Assembly: GCF_004010195.1 (NCBI RefSeq)
Contig: NC_057752.1
Location: 3,102,222-3,153,088 of the forward strand
Origin: Chiloscyllium plagiosum
Lineage: Eukaryota
DNA: 50,867 nucleotides
Direction of reading: 5' to 3'
Of this stretch, positions 1 through 13,371 are shown in pieces; position 1 is the first letter of the stretch, and every line of letters begins with the position of its first letter. Under the pieces are notes generated by a model. That model was not told where the DNA came from and did no database searches. It saw only the letters and a program-made list of their open reading frames with translations. The translations under genes were made by a program, and so were the position numbers.

Positions 1-164
1 TGCATGCTTTCGCCAATGACTGCAATCATTTCATTTGCAGCACCTGGAGTTAATTAGTCGTTAACTAATGCGTGCGCTAATTATTCCAGGAAGAAAGAGA
101 GATTTGGCAGAGCAACATTTCGCTGGAGTCCAATCCCCTCACACGGTCCCAACAAACGCACACC

Positions 165-458
165 CAGTGGTTAGCACTGCCGCCTCACAGCACTAGGGTC
201 CCAGGTTCAATTCCAGCCTCGGGCGACTGTCTGTGTGGAGTTTGCACCTTCTCCCCGTGTCTGTGTGGGTTTGCTCCGGGTTTCCTCCCACAGTCCAAAG
301 ATGTGCAGGTCAGGTGAATTGGCCATGCTAAATTGCTCATAGTGGTAGGTCCATTAGTCAGAGGGAAATGGGTCTGGGTGGGTTACTCTTCGGAGGGTCG
401 GTGTGGACTGGTTGAGCCAAAGGGCTTGATTCCACGCTGTAGGGAATCTAATCTAATC
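165..458 (+). mobile_element. HE1-type tRNA-derived V-SINE (slightly 5'-truncated)
   Basis: CAGTGGTTAGCACTGC..GGTTCAATTCC tRNA-like head, V-domain TGTCTGTGTGGAGTTTGCAC..CCCACAGTCCAAAG, CR1-like tail ending (AATCT)n; near-identical to other copies in the window. Confidence 0.9.
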
Positions 459-554
459 ATTGGAGGAAAGCCAAAATCCGACCGTGCTGCCACTGACTTC
501 AGCACATTAAACATCGCATTCGCGCTCGCTCGGTCATTGCATCACACTCAACAA

Positions 555-945
555 GGGTAGGGCATTGAGCCATTTAACATGATCATGGCCTCAACTCCAC
601 TCTCCCGCCCGCTCTCCATGACCCTTCCACCACGTTACTCATCTGACAATCACCTCCTCAAATGAACTCAGTGTCCGGCTTTCTGCTGCACTTTGAGCTA
701 AGAAATCCCACAGGCCCTTTGGGAGAAGTAATTTCTCCGTTTCAAATCTGCTCCCTCTTGATCCGAACATCCCATTTTCGATTGCCCCACCAGGAAATGT
801 CCTCCCGATGTTGATTTTGTCAATCCCCTTTTAGCATCTTATAGACCTCAATTAGATCTCCTCTAGATCTCCTCTCATTCTGTTAAACTCCAGAGAGTGC
901 AGGCCCAAAGTGCTCAATCTCTCCCTTCATCTCTGGAATTAATCG
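555..945 (-). mobile_element. Old degraded CR1-type LINE 3' fragment
   Basis: Similar to the old CR1 tail copies at 1295-1760, 12295-12710 and 42835-43170. Confidence 0.55.
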
Positions 946-1294
946 AGATCGCAACGGATGGTTTGGCACGCTCACCGTGAGCTTTGCCTGTTCACCGGGA
1001 ATCACAGGGCGAGCTGGGGAGGCTTTTCGCCAGTTGGCGACTTGGCTTGTATCCAGGGTGATGGCTGACCCTTCTCCCGCAGCGCACGCAACACACGTTC
1101 CACAGAGCTCTCACGGCGGCCTTACAAATCAACCAGCTCATTGCTTTGATGTGCTTTTGAACCAGCAGAGCACGTTTTGAACTGGAGTGCGTTGCTGGTG
1201 CTGTGTAGGAAAGGTCCCATGGGCAGCAGCGTTCGATCAGATAGTCAACTTCGAAAAAGATGCATCCTTCAACCACGAGAGCATTAAAATGAAA

Positions 1295-1760
1295 ATAAGA
1301 CCAGGAGCAGGCCTCTTGTGCCCGCTCCAAAAGGATCACGGCTGATCCGACATTTCTCATGTCCACTTTCCCTGTAACCCTTGATTCCCCAACTGATCAA
1401 GAATCTCTCTCGGCCTTCAATCCACACAAGGACTCTGCCCCCACAGCTCTCCCTGGCAAGGTGTTTTAAAGACTCTCAACCCTCTAACATGAGGAGGAAC
1501 TTCTCTCTATCTTAAATTGGCACCCCTTAATTCTGGGACTGTGCCCTCTAGTCTTTGACCCTCCCATGAAGGGGAAACAGCATCTCAGCCCTGACCCTGT
1601 CAAGCCCCTCTATGCTTCAATGAGATCATCTCTCATTCTTCTAAACTCCGGTGAGTAGAGTCTCTGCCCGTTTAGCCCTTGCTCATACCAGGGATCATCC
1701 TACTGAACCTCCTCTGAACTGCCTCCGATGAAATGATATGTTTTCTGAGATAAGGGGAGC
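1295..1760 (-). mobile_element. Old degraded CR1-type LINE 3' fragment
   Basis: ATAAGACCAGGAGCAGGCC tail, CCCTGTAACCCTTGATTCCC, CTCATTCTTCTAAACTCC motifs shared with other copies. Confidence 0.65.
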
Positions 1761-2224
1761 AAGACTCCTGTTTCAGCCTAACTCATCTTCTTAGCATCTG
1801 TCTATCCCCTTCTTAACTTGCTTCCTAAAATAATAAGCCCGATGTGCAGAATTGCATGGCAGAATTATAACGGATTATTATAATTGGCCAAACACAAAGA
1901 AGGCTGTCAAAATGGTCACCTCAGCATGCCAAAGAATTAGATCAGTGAGCCAGGTTTCCGACATCCAGGGATAGTTTGTTCGAGTGAATTTGAGTGTAAG
2001 GCCTAAATAGGGATAAAGTAAAAAGGGCAGACTTCTCCAGATGAACCTTACGACGATGTTGCTTCTTTGACCAGGTTATGTTGCCCTTGTTTTTTATTCC
2101 AGAGAGATCGTAAAGGCAGAGGTTCCGATATGTCTGGCAATATTTACTTGATGTAGCTTTTAAGATTTTTTTTAGAAATACCTGTACAATGAAAGGGGAG
2201 TGGCCAGTTCTCCACATTCACCAA

Positions 2225-2525
2225 GCACGTGGCTCAGTGGTTGCCTCATGGGACCTGGGTTCAATTCCATCCTCGGGCGACTGTCTGTGCGGAGCTTGCA
2301 CGTTCTCCTCATGTCTGTGTGGGTTTGCTCTGGTTTCCTTCCACAGTCCAAAGGTGTGTAGGTTAGGGTGGATTGCCCAAGCTAAATTGCACATAGTGTT
2401 CAGGGATGTGTAGGTTAGTTGCAATAGTCAGGGGTAAATTTGGGTCTGGGTGGGTTACTCTTCAGAGGGTCGGTGTGGACTTGCTGGGCCGAAGGGCCTG
2501 TTTCCACACTGTAGGGGTTCTAATT
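2225..2525 (+). mobile_element. HE1-type V-SINE
   Basis: GTGGCTCAGTGGTT head, V-domain, GGGCCGAAGGGCCTGTTTCCACACTGTAGGG tail. Confidence 0.88.
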
Positions 2526-2789
2526 CAGGGCTTGGTTTGGTTCTAGCAAGCTGCTTTATTTGCAGCTGCTGGCCAAGTGAGGATGTTTCCCCCTCACAAG
2601 AGAGTCCAAGACCAGAGGGTACTGTCTCAGAATGAAGTGGTGCCAATTTAAGAGCGAGATGAGGAGGAATTTCTTCTCTGAGAGTTAAGAGTCTTTGAAA
2701 CACCTTGCCAGGGAGAGCTGTGGGGGCCGAGTCCCTGTGTAGATTGAAGGCCGAGAGAGATTCTTGATCAGTCGGGGAACCTCGAGAAG

Positions 2790-3166
2790 CTGCTATGGAC
2801 CCAAGAAAGCAGTTCCACGTTGATCCTCTTGCTCTCTGACATCTCTCCTATACAAGCCTGGGTTTGATTTTACCTTGTTTTGCCAAGGGAGTGTTTACGG
2901 GGATGTTGCAAATACTTGGAAAGGCATCATTAAATTGTGACAGAGTCGACTGGGTTTTCAGACAGCTTAAGTTATTCTAAATTCGGTTCCCTTTTGTTTG
3001 TGTTTCATTCAGGAGTCTGGAAATAAATTCTGTATTGGTCAAAACCGTGGGGTTGGGTCAGCTGCATCGCTCCTGGAATATCCACTATACACCTGCTTAA
3101 ACCAAACAGAAGGTCTGGGCTACCTTCTTGACATGTTTTGAGGGGGTGTGGCTTGGTCCATGTGCA
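2790..3166 (+). mobile_element. Probable solo-LTR-like element (3' part)
   Basis: Ends GGCTTGGTCCATGTGCA, contains AATAAA (~3023); reverse complement resembles 10213-10680 and 23329-23410 (TGTTATGGACCAGACC.. terminus). Confidence 0.5.
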
Positions 3167-5554
3167 CTCTAAAGAGAGTGTCACCAGCAATGTGTCAGCA
3201 GCAGAGAAGTTAAGTGTTAACAAAACATTTCAGAAGCATCTTGGACTCAGAAAGGCTTTAGAGACAGGGAGGTGCCAAACTCTGGTAACAGTGCCAGGCC
3301 ATGGTAAGATTAAATGACCCTTGACTGGATGAAGTAGACATTAGTTCGTGTCCTGGAATTGGGCATCTGATCCTCATGGTTGTATGGAGCAAGAATGCCA
3401 TTCGGATACCCCAGCTTATCAAAATGGTGTACAGATAATGAATTTCTCTGAGTCTTACTCCAGTTAGACAGGAGTGAATAAACAGTCAAATATCTGCACC
3501 CGAGGCTCCAGTGGTCAAAGTAATCATAACACGGTCAACCAGAGTTGGCAGTGAGAACACAAACGAGACAGGCTCAGGAGTGGCAGAGACTGGCATTCAG
3601 CATGGCAAGACTGGCTGAGCCCAGATGCTTACTGCTCTACTGAACTGATTTGGAATGCTGTATTCTGCAGAGCAAAGACTTGAAACTAATGAGATGAACG
3701 CACCTTCTCTTCTATTTTGCTTTCAACTGTGCCTCCCCCATCCCCGCCTGTAATAACGTAAATTGCTGATGTCCCCCTTAAGGGAGCTGGCATTAAAGAG
3801 TTGCTGAGCTCGACGATCTGAGAGAGCTGAATTTGCATTAGCTGACAGTCATAAAAAGCACGTTCCAGCACAAGACTTCACAACAGTTTAGACGAGAGCA
3901 TTTCCCCAGAAACATAGCCCATTGCCGTGAATCAAGCAAAAATAAAAAAGGAACATAATGATGCCCCGATCCAGCTGCGCAGTTCCAACCAGGTTTGCAC
4001 TTTCTCTGCCAGCAAGCGGGTCAAGTATAGTTACTGAGATCTCCATGGCTTGGCACCAATGTATCAGATGCTCATTGGCAATCCTACACAGTTGGAGTTG
4101 AAAGCAGACACTGTTTGAAAAGATTTGAATTTTTAGCCCATGATTTGCACACCTTTGACTTGCTCTTGGGTTTCTCCCAGTTGCCCTCTGGAACTTTGCT
4201 ACAAGCTTGGCAGAAGTGCCAATAAATGGCCATGGTTTCCATCAAACCTGTTCTCAGGAGATCTGGAAATTCTCCCCTCCCGTCCTTTGTACAGAATCTG
4301 ACTTGGCGAGTCATTGCCCACCACTGGGTAACTCCCAGCGGTGGCAGGTTGAGTCCCCGTCCCCTGGGCATTAATTGGCCACTTGAAGGAGGTCAAGTGT
4401 TGGCAGAAAAGTGACACCACCTGGCACCCTCCTGTCCAATTAAATGCCGCCGTGCAGAAAGGCATTCAATTCTGCCCTCTGTGCTTTGCACCATCTTTTT
4501 CCTTGTCAGCTTGGGTCACGTAGCGTTTTCTGCTTTTATGCCAATTGCCTTAACTTGCTGCATTCAAATAGGCCAAAGACCCATTGGGGATACCTCTCGC
4601 TTGCACATGGTTGACCCCAGACTTCTCCAGAGGTATGGCTGCCAACTCTGGTTGGCACAACCTTGGAATTGAAATCAGAAAATATCCGATCTCCAAGCGC
4701 GCCAACATTGGCCATCTCACAGACCCCTGCTTTCCCACAGCCAACTGGTAAACCAAGAGTTTTCTCCACCTGGATGACTTCCCAGCATCCCTTGCCTTCC
4801 AAACCTCTCTCACCTTTCTTACAACCAGTGAACCAAAAGACTTTGAAAAAGAAAATGGAAAAATGATTTGTTTTGCGCCTCCATTCATTTTTCTCCAGGA
4901 CTGTTCGCAGCAATATCTCAGCAGTCCAGGATAATCCTGGAACACTGGCAACTCTATCCAACAGCGAGGGCTTACTGGATTGTCCGGTCGTTCCCAAAAG
5001 CGGGCAGTGAGGCCGAGGAGTGGGCTTTACAAATGAATGCTCCCCAAAACCTCAGACTATCACCTTAAACAATCACGCCAAGGTACGTGGGCGAGACACA
5101 TGCAGCAATAAACAGCGAGCTTCCACATTGGGGAATATTTTGGGGAAACACTGCCAATTCAACAGAATGCAATTACCTTTTTAGGCACAGAGTTTCCAAG
5201 GAAATCTCCCCTCAAGGTAACCACAAGTTTATTCCAAATTACTGTTTCACACCCTCTCATGTTTCAAACAGTTTGTTTATTGCTGTTACCAGTGTATGAC
5301 ACTGTAAACTCGCCAGGCTTAAATAAGGAGGCCATTCTAATACATTATTTACTGCCCTATAAATTATGGTAGTCAGGATGAAGGATGAGCTATTGCTCAT
5401 TAAGAAATGCAGTTGGCCAAAGGACCACAGTCAGCAAAAAGCCAACTCAAAGATGCAGGTTGAGCTGTGGTCTAATCAGGGAAAGAAAATCACAAACTAA
5501 TGCTGTTTCGGGCAGGTCCATTCATCAGAATTCATTTCCCATCTGTCTATCTCA

Positions 5555-5850
5555 AATTCACCAAAGATCCTCAGGCAGCACCTCTTCTAAACCCACAACC
5601 ACTTCCATCTAGAAGGACAAGGACAGCAGATACAGGGGAACACCACCCCCTGCAAGTTCCCCTCCTGGGTCAAAATCCTGGAATTCCCTCCCTCAGGGCA
5701 TTGTGGGTCAACCCACAGCAAGTGGACTGCAGCGGTTCCAGAAGGCAGCTCACCCCCACCTTCTCAAGGGGGGGGGGGGGCAACTAGGGATGGGGCAATA
5801 AATGTTGGGCCCAGCCAGTGGCACCCACATCCCACAAGATGAATAAATTA
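5555..5850 (+). mobile_element. L2/CR1-group LINE 3' end fragment
   Basis: GGGTCAAAATCCTGGAATTCCCTCCC..GGACTGCAGCGGTTC..GGCAGCTCACC..GGGCAATAAATG; inverse copies at 8175-8565 and 10070-10210; overlaps in sequence with the 3' part of 10760-11720. Confidence 0.7.
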
Positions 5851-7059
5851 AAGAAAATTGAAAATCAATTCACAACCACAGCTTCTTACAATACAGAAGG
5901 ATGCTATTTGGCATACACATTCAGATGTCCTATTAAATTGTAGCGAAACCTTTGCATAAGTGCAGAAGTTCGGACTCCAGGCATTAAAAGGGAGCATGCA
6001 GATTCACTTGGCTGCTCCTGGGAATGAGGAGATAAAAACACAGAGGAAACAGTCTGTTCCCAGCGGTGGGAGGAAGCAGCATGAAGGATTTTCGATAAAA
6101 GTTATGGATTGGATAATAGTGTTGAGGTCCCTCCATTGTGGTATGGATTGAGGTGAAACATAAAACCCCACCGATAGGACTAGCACCACCCCATCCTGTA
6201 ACTCCCAGCTCGCATAAATATTGTTCAGGCCGTGGAAGGACTGTTCACGCGACAGTCTGTCAGATGGTTAAATCAGCAAATCCTTCCACCACTTCATACT
6301 GTTCTCTCAGGACAAGTGTGTGAAAGTACAAAACAACAGATCTTGCCTTTACACATTCGGCTGTGACTGCTTGAAAAAGAAAACATGCCAAGTTTAAAAA
6401 AAACCTAAAGTCCTCGAATTATGTGAAACTAGGCCTGGTTCTAAGTCTGGGGCTGAGAAAGGAATTTGAGTGCACCCATGATCGAAATCAACACTGGTCT
6501 TACTTTGAACTTAACGGGCGGTTGCACGCGACTTTAAATTGTACAGATCGTGGACATTAACCGGGGTTTCACTTGAGCGCATAAAAGCAAGCGTGGTAAT
6601 GTCCCTTTCTCTGGACTAGAAGGTCCAGGTCCAAGGTCCACTCCACCCCAGAGGTAACATGACTGATGAGGGAGATTGAGGAAAATAATCATAACTCCAG
6701 CTGTCCTGGTCTGGAAATCCTGGAGCCAAGCAGACGGAGACCTGCTTGTAGACGATGGAGGACATGCCCCTACATTAAGGTCATAAGGTTGGAGCTCATT
6801 TCCCATGTTTGCCAGAAGTGAGAAAGATCCACTGGAATTGTTTCTGCAGTGTTTTTTGGTTTAAACCTATTTTTCTAACCAACCTGTTCAGCGATGTTAT
6901 TACACACTTCGACACCAGATCGAACTCAAACTCAGGCCTCTCGGTCCAGGGATAGGGACACTACCACTGCGCCACAAGAAGGCCTCGATCACATTCACCT
7001 GACACACAAAACATTCCCAACTTGGAACCAGGAAGGAACACTGTACGGAGAGAGGCCTA

Positions 7060-7298
7060 CTACAAGGTGTTGTGAAACTTGAAAGGGTTCAGAAACAACT
7101 TACAATGATGTTGCCAGGGTTGGAGGGTTTGAGCTGTAGGGAGAGGCTGGATAGGCTGGGGTTATTTTCCCAGGACCGTTGGAGGCTGAAGGGTGACCTT
7201 ATAGAGGCTGATAAAAACTCGTTTAATTTGGGAAACTTGGTTGGCATGGACAGGTTGGACTGAAGGGTCCGTTTCTGTGCTGCATGACTCTATGACTC
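7060..7298 (+). mobile_element. CR1/HER1 LINE 3' fragment with internal deletion
   Basis: Translates KLERVQKQLTMMLPGLEGLSCRERLDRLGLFS; tail (ATGACTCT)n. Confidence 0.88.
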
Positions 7299-7342
7299 TT
7301 AACAGATTGCTCAGAAACATTGCAATGTATCTTACCTATAAA

Positions 7343-7799
7343 GATTTACAAGGATGATGCCAGGGTTGGAGGATTTAAGCTGTAGGGAGAGGTTGAATGC
7401 TGTTTTCCCTGGAGCATTGGAGGCTGAGGGGTGACCTTATAGAGGTTTATAACATCATGAGGGGCATAAATAGGATAAACAGACAAGGTCTTTTCCCTGG
7501 GGTGGGGCAGTCCAGAACTAGAGGGCATAGGTTGAGGGTGAGAGGGGAAAGATATAAAAGAGAACCAAGGGGCAACTTTTTCACGCAGAGGGTGGTACGT
7601 GTATGGAATGAGCTGCCAGAGGAAGTGATGGAGGCTGGTACAATTGCAACATTTAAAAGGCAACTGGATGGGTATATGAATAAGAAGGGTTTGGAGGGAT
7701 ATGGGCCAAGTGCTGGCAGGTGGGACTAGATCAGATTGGGATATCTGGTCGGCATGGACGGGTTGGACCAAAGAGTCGGTTTCTGTGCTATATGACTCT
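7343..7799 (+). mobile_element. CR1/HER1 LINE 3' fragment
   Basis: ORF2 C-terminus RLRGDLIEVYNIMRG..RTRGH..FFTQRVVRVWNELPEEV..FKRQLD; TATGACTCT tail. Confidence 0.92.
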
Positions 7800-8174
7800 G
7801 TAACCGTGGTGATGTGTTAGGAAGTGCTTCCCTACTTCATCTGTGGATAAATATAAGATCGACTCCAACAGATCCTCTGAATGATAATTACTTCCTAATT
7901 ATTGGCTGGGGAAGAGCCAGCTCTTTGCTGTTAGGAAGATGTTCCCTGGGACTTAGTTAACGAAAAAAGCATTGATTTTAAATGGAGGTCCATTCAAACT
8001 GGATCGCCTCTGGGTCAACTCATTCTTTGATGTCCAGAGTAGTAAGGCATGGTTCGAGATGCTCACTGATTCAATTGGTGCTGCAAACTATCAACACAAT
8101 CTCCTTGTGCACAATTCAGCAATATTGTGAGGGATTCAATGAACATTCAGCTGTTCAAGACGTGTTCATTCAAT

Positions 8175-8565
8175 GTGGACATTGCAGGCAAGGGCAGTAT
8201 TTATTGCCCCGTCCCTAGTTGCCCCCTTTGAGAAGGTAGGGGTGAGCTGCCTTCTTGAACCGCTGCAGTCCACTGGCTGTGGGTTGACCCACAATGCCCT
8301 CAGGGAGGGAATTCCAGGATTTTGACCCGGCGACACTGAAGGATTGGCGATAGATTTCCAAGTCAGGATGGTGGAGGGGAACTTGCAGAGGATGGTGCTC
8401 TCAGAAGACAACGGAGCAGAAATTAGGCCATTCAGCCCATCGAGTCTCCCGTGGCTGATAGTTTTTTCAACCCCATTTTCCCGCTTTCTCCCTGTAACCC
8501 TTAATCCCCTTGTGTCTGCTGCCCTTATAGTTCGAGGTGGTAGAAATCATGGGTTTGGAAGGAGC
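8175..8565 (-). mobile_element. L2/CR1-group LINE 3' end, interrupted by a short CR1 tail (~8405-8510)
   Basis: Reverse complement of the 5555-5850 type; CR1-like GGAGCAGAAATTAGGCCATTCAGCCC segment in the middle. Confidence 0.65.
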
Positions 8566-9489
8566 TTTGACACATTGCTACAATGGATCGCGTCAATAAC
8601 ACAAGCATCAAATGCCTCATGCCAGCCACTATGGTAAAAGGACAATTGAGTGACAGGAATGTATGTCAAAGCCAACTTCCAAAGATGGCCAGTTTTAAAT
8701 AATTACTGGCTGGCCAAATCAATTTGTTTCACAGTAAACCTCTGATCTGCACTCAGTATTCAAAAATTCAAGTCTATAAATCAGGAAAAGGACCCTCTGT
8801 GGTCTCTGGGTGGTCGGCCACCAACTGAACATTAAATGAAGCATTTGTAAGCTCTGTCGAGCCATCAGTCAAAAGAATGGATAGAAAAGAAGAAACCAGA
8901 TGGTAAAAATAAATAAAAACGGCATGTCACAGAGACAGATCACGTGCTGGGAAAGAGATACGCTTTGGTCACAGTGCCAGGTTCCCGTGTCAAGAAGACA
9001 GTGCCAGTTTATTTCAGACCTCCAGCATGGCCCATACCCAGCATCAGAGCAAGGACAGCACAATTCTGCTCCTATTATGGAAGTTTAATAAAAACCTGTA
9101 ACAAAGCAGCAGTGGGTTTCATTAACACCACTGCTCCACAATCCCTGCCACCTCACCTCATTGCCATGTGTTCTTTTTAGCGCAATAAATATTGCATTCG
9201 CCCAAGTTTGTGGCTCACCATTTTTTAACCCATTTCAACCCGGACGTGCAGGCAGAGCAGTAGCATGGAACGTGTAACAGAAGCAATAAACCTTCACACC
9301 TTTCTCAAAGAATTGCTTTAATAAGCAGCTCCCTCCCAATCCCTGGCGTTGCCATAGACACCCACAGACTTTGACTCAGGATTTCATGCTTAGCAAAGGA
9401 CCCAGTGATAGCAACCCCCCCACCCCCCCACGTCCTTCAGCAACTCTGATGTTGGCAGCGAGGCAAATACATCGGATAAGCTCACTCAC

Positions 9490-9877
9490 TCATAGAGATG
9501 TACAGCACGGAAACAGACCCTTCGGTCCAACCCGTCCATGCCGACCAGATAGCCCAACCCAATCTAGTCCCACCTGCCAGCACCCGGCCCACATCTCTTC
9601 AAACCCTTCCTATTCATATACCCACCCAAATGCCTTTTAAATGCTGTAACTGTACCAGCCTCCACCACATCCTCTGGCAGCTCATTCCATACACGTACCA
9701 CCCTCTGTGGGAAAAAGTTGCCCCTTAGGTCTCTTTTATATCTTTCCCCTCTCACCCTAAACCTATACCCTCTAGTTCTAGACTCCCCCACCCCAGGGAA
9801 AAGACTTTGTCTATTTACCCTGTCCATGCCCCTCATAATTTCGTAAACCTCTACAAGTTGACCCCGCAGCCTCCGAT
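9490..9877 (-). mobile_element. CR1/HER1 LINE 3' fragment
   Basis: ORF 9564-9887(-) RRLRGQLVEVYEIMRG..QRVVRVWNELPEDV; inverse of 7343-7799. Confidence 0.92.
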
Positions 9878-10212
9878 CTAGATACAAAGAAATATTCTAC
9901 ATTCCTTACTCTGGATACCTCGTAATAAGTTGCAATATGTTGGCTTAGGTAGAAGGAAATATCCTAGACTATTGGTCTGAGCTAGTCAGGACGGTAACAG
10001 AGGCAAGAGGTGGAAGGCATAGATCACACTTCAGGGCCATTTTAATATTTGACTTTGTTCACAATACCCTTTTGTGGTGAGCTGCCCTCTTGAACCACTA
10101 CAGTCAGTCCATGTGCCGTAGGTAGACCCACAATGCCATTAAGGAAGCAATTCCAGGACTTTGACCCAGTGACACGGAAGTAATGGCAACATAATTCCAA
10201 GTCAGGGTTGCT

Positions 10213-10680
10213 AGGGACCAGACCAAAACACCTCAAAAGAGATGGCTTAGACCCGAACTTATTTTGTTTAAAATTGTAAGGCACTACATTCCAGATGCAA
10301 TTCCGTTGGTCACACTGCTCGGCTTTAAGCAAAACACACTTCATTCTTAAAATACAAGCAAAAAGTAAATAGAATTGGCAGAGAGTTAAAGTTTAGAAAT
10401 AATTAAGATAATATATTCTGTAACTACGAATCATCAAGTGTTCTAATGTAGCAGCATCCCATAATCACACCCTTGGCAAAGGCAAATTCAGCAAAACAGA
10501 TTCTCCTTGAGAGAGAGAAAGAGAGCGAGAGAACTGTAACTTGCAGTTCAACTCTAAAACCCCCCAAAGTCAACAACTGAAAGTAACACCGAACCCCCTG
10601 GGTCTCTGTGCGAGCCTGACTCCACCCATTCATGCTTGTCTTGTCTAATGCTTTTTAAAACCCCAAAAAGCTATTGACTC
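10213..10680 (-). mobile_element. Probable solo-LTR-like element
   Basis: Begins GGACCAGACCAAAACACCTCAAAA; shares CATCCC..CACCCTTGGCAAA with the reverse complement of 2790-3166. Confidence 0.45.
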
Positions 10681-10759
10681 TGCCATCCATGGAGCAGACG
10701 CCTCGGCGCCAGGTTTACAACATTCCTCTGCAAGCGGAGCAGGAAAGAACAAATCCCTC

Positions 10760-11720
10760 TTCAAGGCACATCTCATCCCAGGACAGTGAGTGGCTTGAAG
10801 GGGGATATGCAGGGGATGGTGCTCCCATGTATCTGCTGCCCTTGCCCTCTAAATAGAAGTGGCCGTGGGTTTGGAAGGTGTTGTCTGAGGAGCCGTGGGG
10901 AGTTGCTGCTGTGTATCTTCTAGATGGTACACACTGCTGCTGGTGAAAGGAGTGAATGTTGAAGGTGGTACCAATCAAACGGGGGCTGCTTTGTCCTGGA
11001 TGGTGTTGAGCCTCGAGTGTTGTTGGAGCTGCCCCCATCCAGGCAAGTGGGGAGTATTCCATCACACTCCTGAGTTGTGCCTTGTAGATGGTGGACAGGC
11101 TTTGGGGAGTCAGGAGGTGAGTTACTCGCCGCAGTATTCCCAGTCTCTGACCTGCCCTTGTAGCCACTATATTGATATGGCTAGTCCAGTTCAGTTTCTG
11201 GTCAATGATAACCCCCAGGATACTGACGGTGGGGGATTGAGTGATGGTGACACCATTGAACAGTGTTAAACTCTCTCTTGTTTCAGATGGCAACACCCAG
11301 TGTTTGTGTGACACAAACACTACTTGCCACTTGCTAGCCCAAGCCTGGATATTGTACAGATCTTGTTGTATTTGAACGTGGACTGCTTCAGCATCTGAGG
11401 AGTTGCTGTTGTGCGATCATCAGCGAGCATCCCACTTCTGACCTAATGATGGAGGGAAGGTCATTGATGAAGCAGCTGGAGATGGTTGGGCCTAGGACAC
11501 TACCCTGAGGGAGTCCTGTCCTGGATTTAACTAACCCCGAAAACTAAAAGCGTTGTCCTTGGTGCCAGGGGAGAATTGCCCCCGAGTCCCACTGACTAAT
11601 GTTATCAGGATTTCCTGAAGCTGCACTCAGTCAAACATGGTCTTGATGTCAAGAGCAGTCACCTTCACCTGGCTTCTGGAATCCTTCTGTCCATGTTTGG
11701 GGCAAGGCCAGAACAAGATC
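10760..11720 (-). mobile_element. Degraded non-LTR retrotransposon (L2/CR1 group) RT C-terminal region
   Basis: Translates LGVIIDQKLNWTSHINIVATRAGQRLGILRR..IYKAQLRSVMEYSPLAW (RT thumb region); frameshifted. Confidence 0.85.
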
Positions 11721-12294
11721 AGGGGCTCACCATGGTGATCTGATGATTCCGCGGTGACATTTTAAAAGTCTGGAGCTCGCAAGAGAGAGGACAGACTGAG
11801 GGAGATAAAGGCCTTCACACGTCCGAGAAAGAATATCTTCAAACAAGCAGTAGTGTCAGAGATCAATACTATGCGGATGAAGAAAACCACATATCACAGT
11901 GTGCTTTAATCACAGGAAGAGCAAGACAGGAGTTCTTATGTAGGATCAGGAAGAAACAAATATTGATATTGCAACCATGTGTTAATGGGCAGAAGAACAC
12001 AGCTTCAGTTAACTCCATGTACCCCTCTGTACCTGCCAGAAATATCAAGAACACTCTTCAGTTTTAATTAACAGGACAAAATGTTAAAGTGCATCGATTT
12101 CGACTTGGCAGTTTGAAATGTTCCCGTGTCCACTCCTGACACCACCCAAAGTAATTCCTCCACCTCACTTGAAGAGATTTTTATTTTGCTAATTTATCAA
12201 ATCACGCGAGCCATCTTCAAAAGCAAACCTACTTAACAATATGCAGCCATACCTGGACTTTGTCAGAATATTCATGTTGCAGGCTATTACCATT

Positions 12295-12710
12295 GAGCCA
12301 GAAGTATTAAATGGCATTGGCAAAAGTACTTCCAATTTTGTGGGATCCCAGAGCATAAGACCATAAGATTAAGGAGCAGATTTAGGCCATTTGGCCCATT
12401 GGGTCTTCTCTGCTACACTGGTCATGGCTGATAATGTTTAACCCCATTCTTCTGCCTTCTCCCTCAATTCCTTTACCAATCAAGAATCTATGTCTGTCTT
12501 AATTACACTCAATGACTTGACCTCCACAGCCCTCGGGCAATGAGTTCCACAGAGTCACTACCCTCTGGTTGAAGAAATACCTCCTTTTCTCAGTGCTAAA
12601 GGGTCCCCTTCATTCTGAGGCCATGTTCTAGTCTCTCCTACCAGTGGAAACATCTTCTCCACAGCCACTCTATCCAGGCCTCTGTATCCTGTAAGTTTCA
12701 AACAGATATC
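12295..12710 (-). mobile_element. Old CR1-type LINE 3' fragment
   Basis: (CATAAGAC)n tail followed by the typical CR1 3' region; similar to 42835-43170. Confidence 0.75.
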
Positions 12711-13058
12711 CCCAAGGTAAGATCAGTCAACGTGTTTTTGCCCTGCAAGAAATTCCCGCACTGGCAAGCTGGGAGGGAGGATGACCTGGATTTCAACCAT
12801 GCCCATCACTTGTCAGCAGCTGACTCTACCTCAGCACCTTCAGGGAACACCCATTAACCACACAGGAACAATTGGACTCTGTCCAACAGCCCTTCACTGG
12901 ATGGATTAGGATTTCATCTACTGCACCCGACTGCATCCATCCCTCTGGATAGCTCGGATCTCAGTGGAAGAACCCCTGAATTCGGTTTCTGGAATCCAAA
13001 GGGCACCATGGCACCACGGGAATGCTGATATTTGAAGTGCCATTGGTGCATTGCAAAA

Positions 13059-13371
13059 TGGCACGGTGGCTCAGTGGTTAGCACTGCTGCCTCACAGCAC
13101 CAGATTTCCCCTCTCGGGTGCTGTCTGTGTGGAGTTTGCACGTTGTCCCCATGTCTGCATGGGTTTCCTCCGGGTGCTCCGGTTTCCTCCCATAATCCAA
13201 AGATGTGTAGGTTAGGTGAATTGGCCACGCTAAATTGCCCATAGTGTTAGGTGCATTAGTTAGGGGTAAATACAGGGTAGGGGAGTGGGTCTGGGTGGGT
13301 TATTCTTCGGAGGGTCAGTGTGGACTTGTTGGGCTGAAGGGCCTGTTTCCATACTGCAGGGAATCTAATCT
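13059..13371 (+). mobile_element. HE1-type V-SINE
   Basis: GGCACGGTGGCTCAGTGGTTAGCACTGCTGCCTCACAGC head, V-domain, GGGAATCTAATC tail. Confidence 0.92.

Noticed and set aside
4084..5068. Cluster of overlapping 60-150 aa ORFs in unique sequence
   Set aside because: No ASIC or other recognisable motifs; consistent with chance ORFs
13059..13120. tRNA genes at SINE heads (also 29130, 32656, 35038, 39087, 47712)
   Set aside because: A/B-box-like heads continue into V-domain and LINE tail; they are SINEs, not cloverleaf tRNA genes
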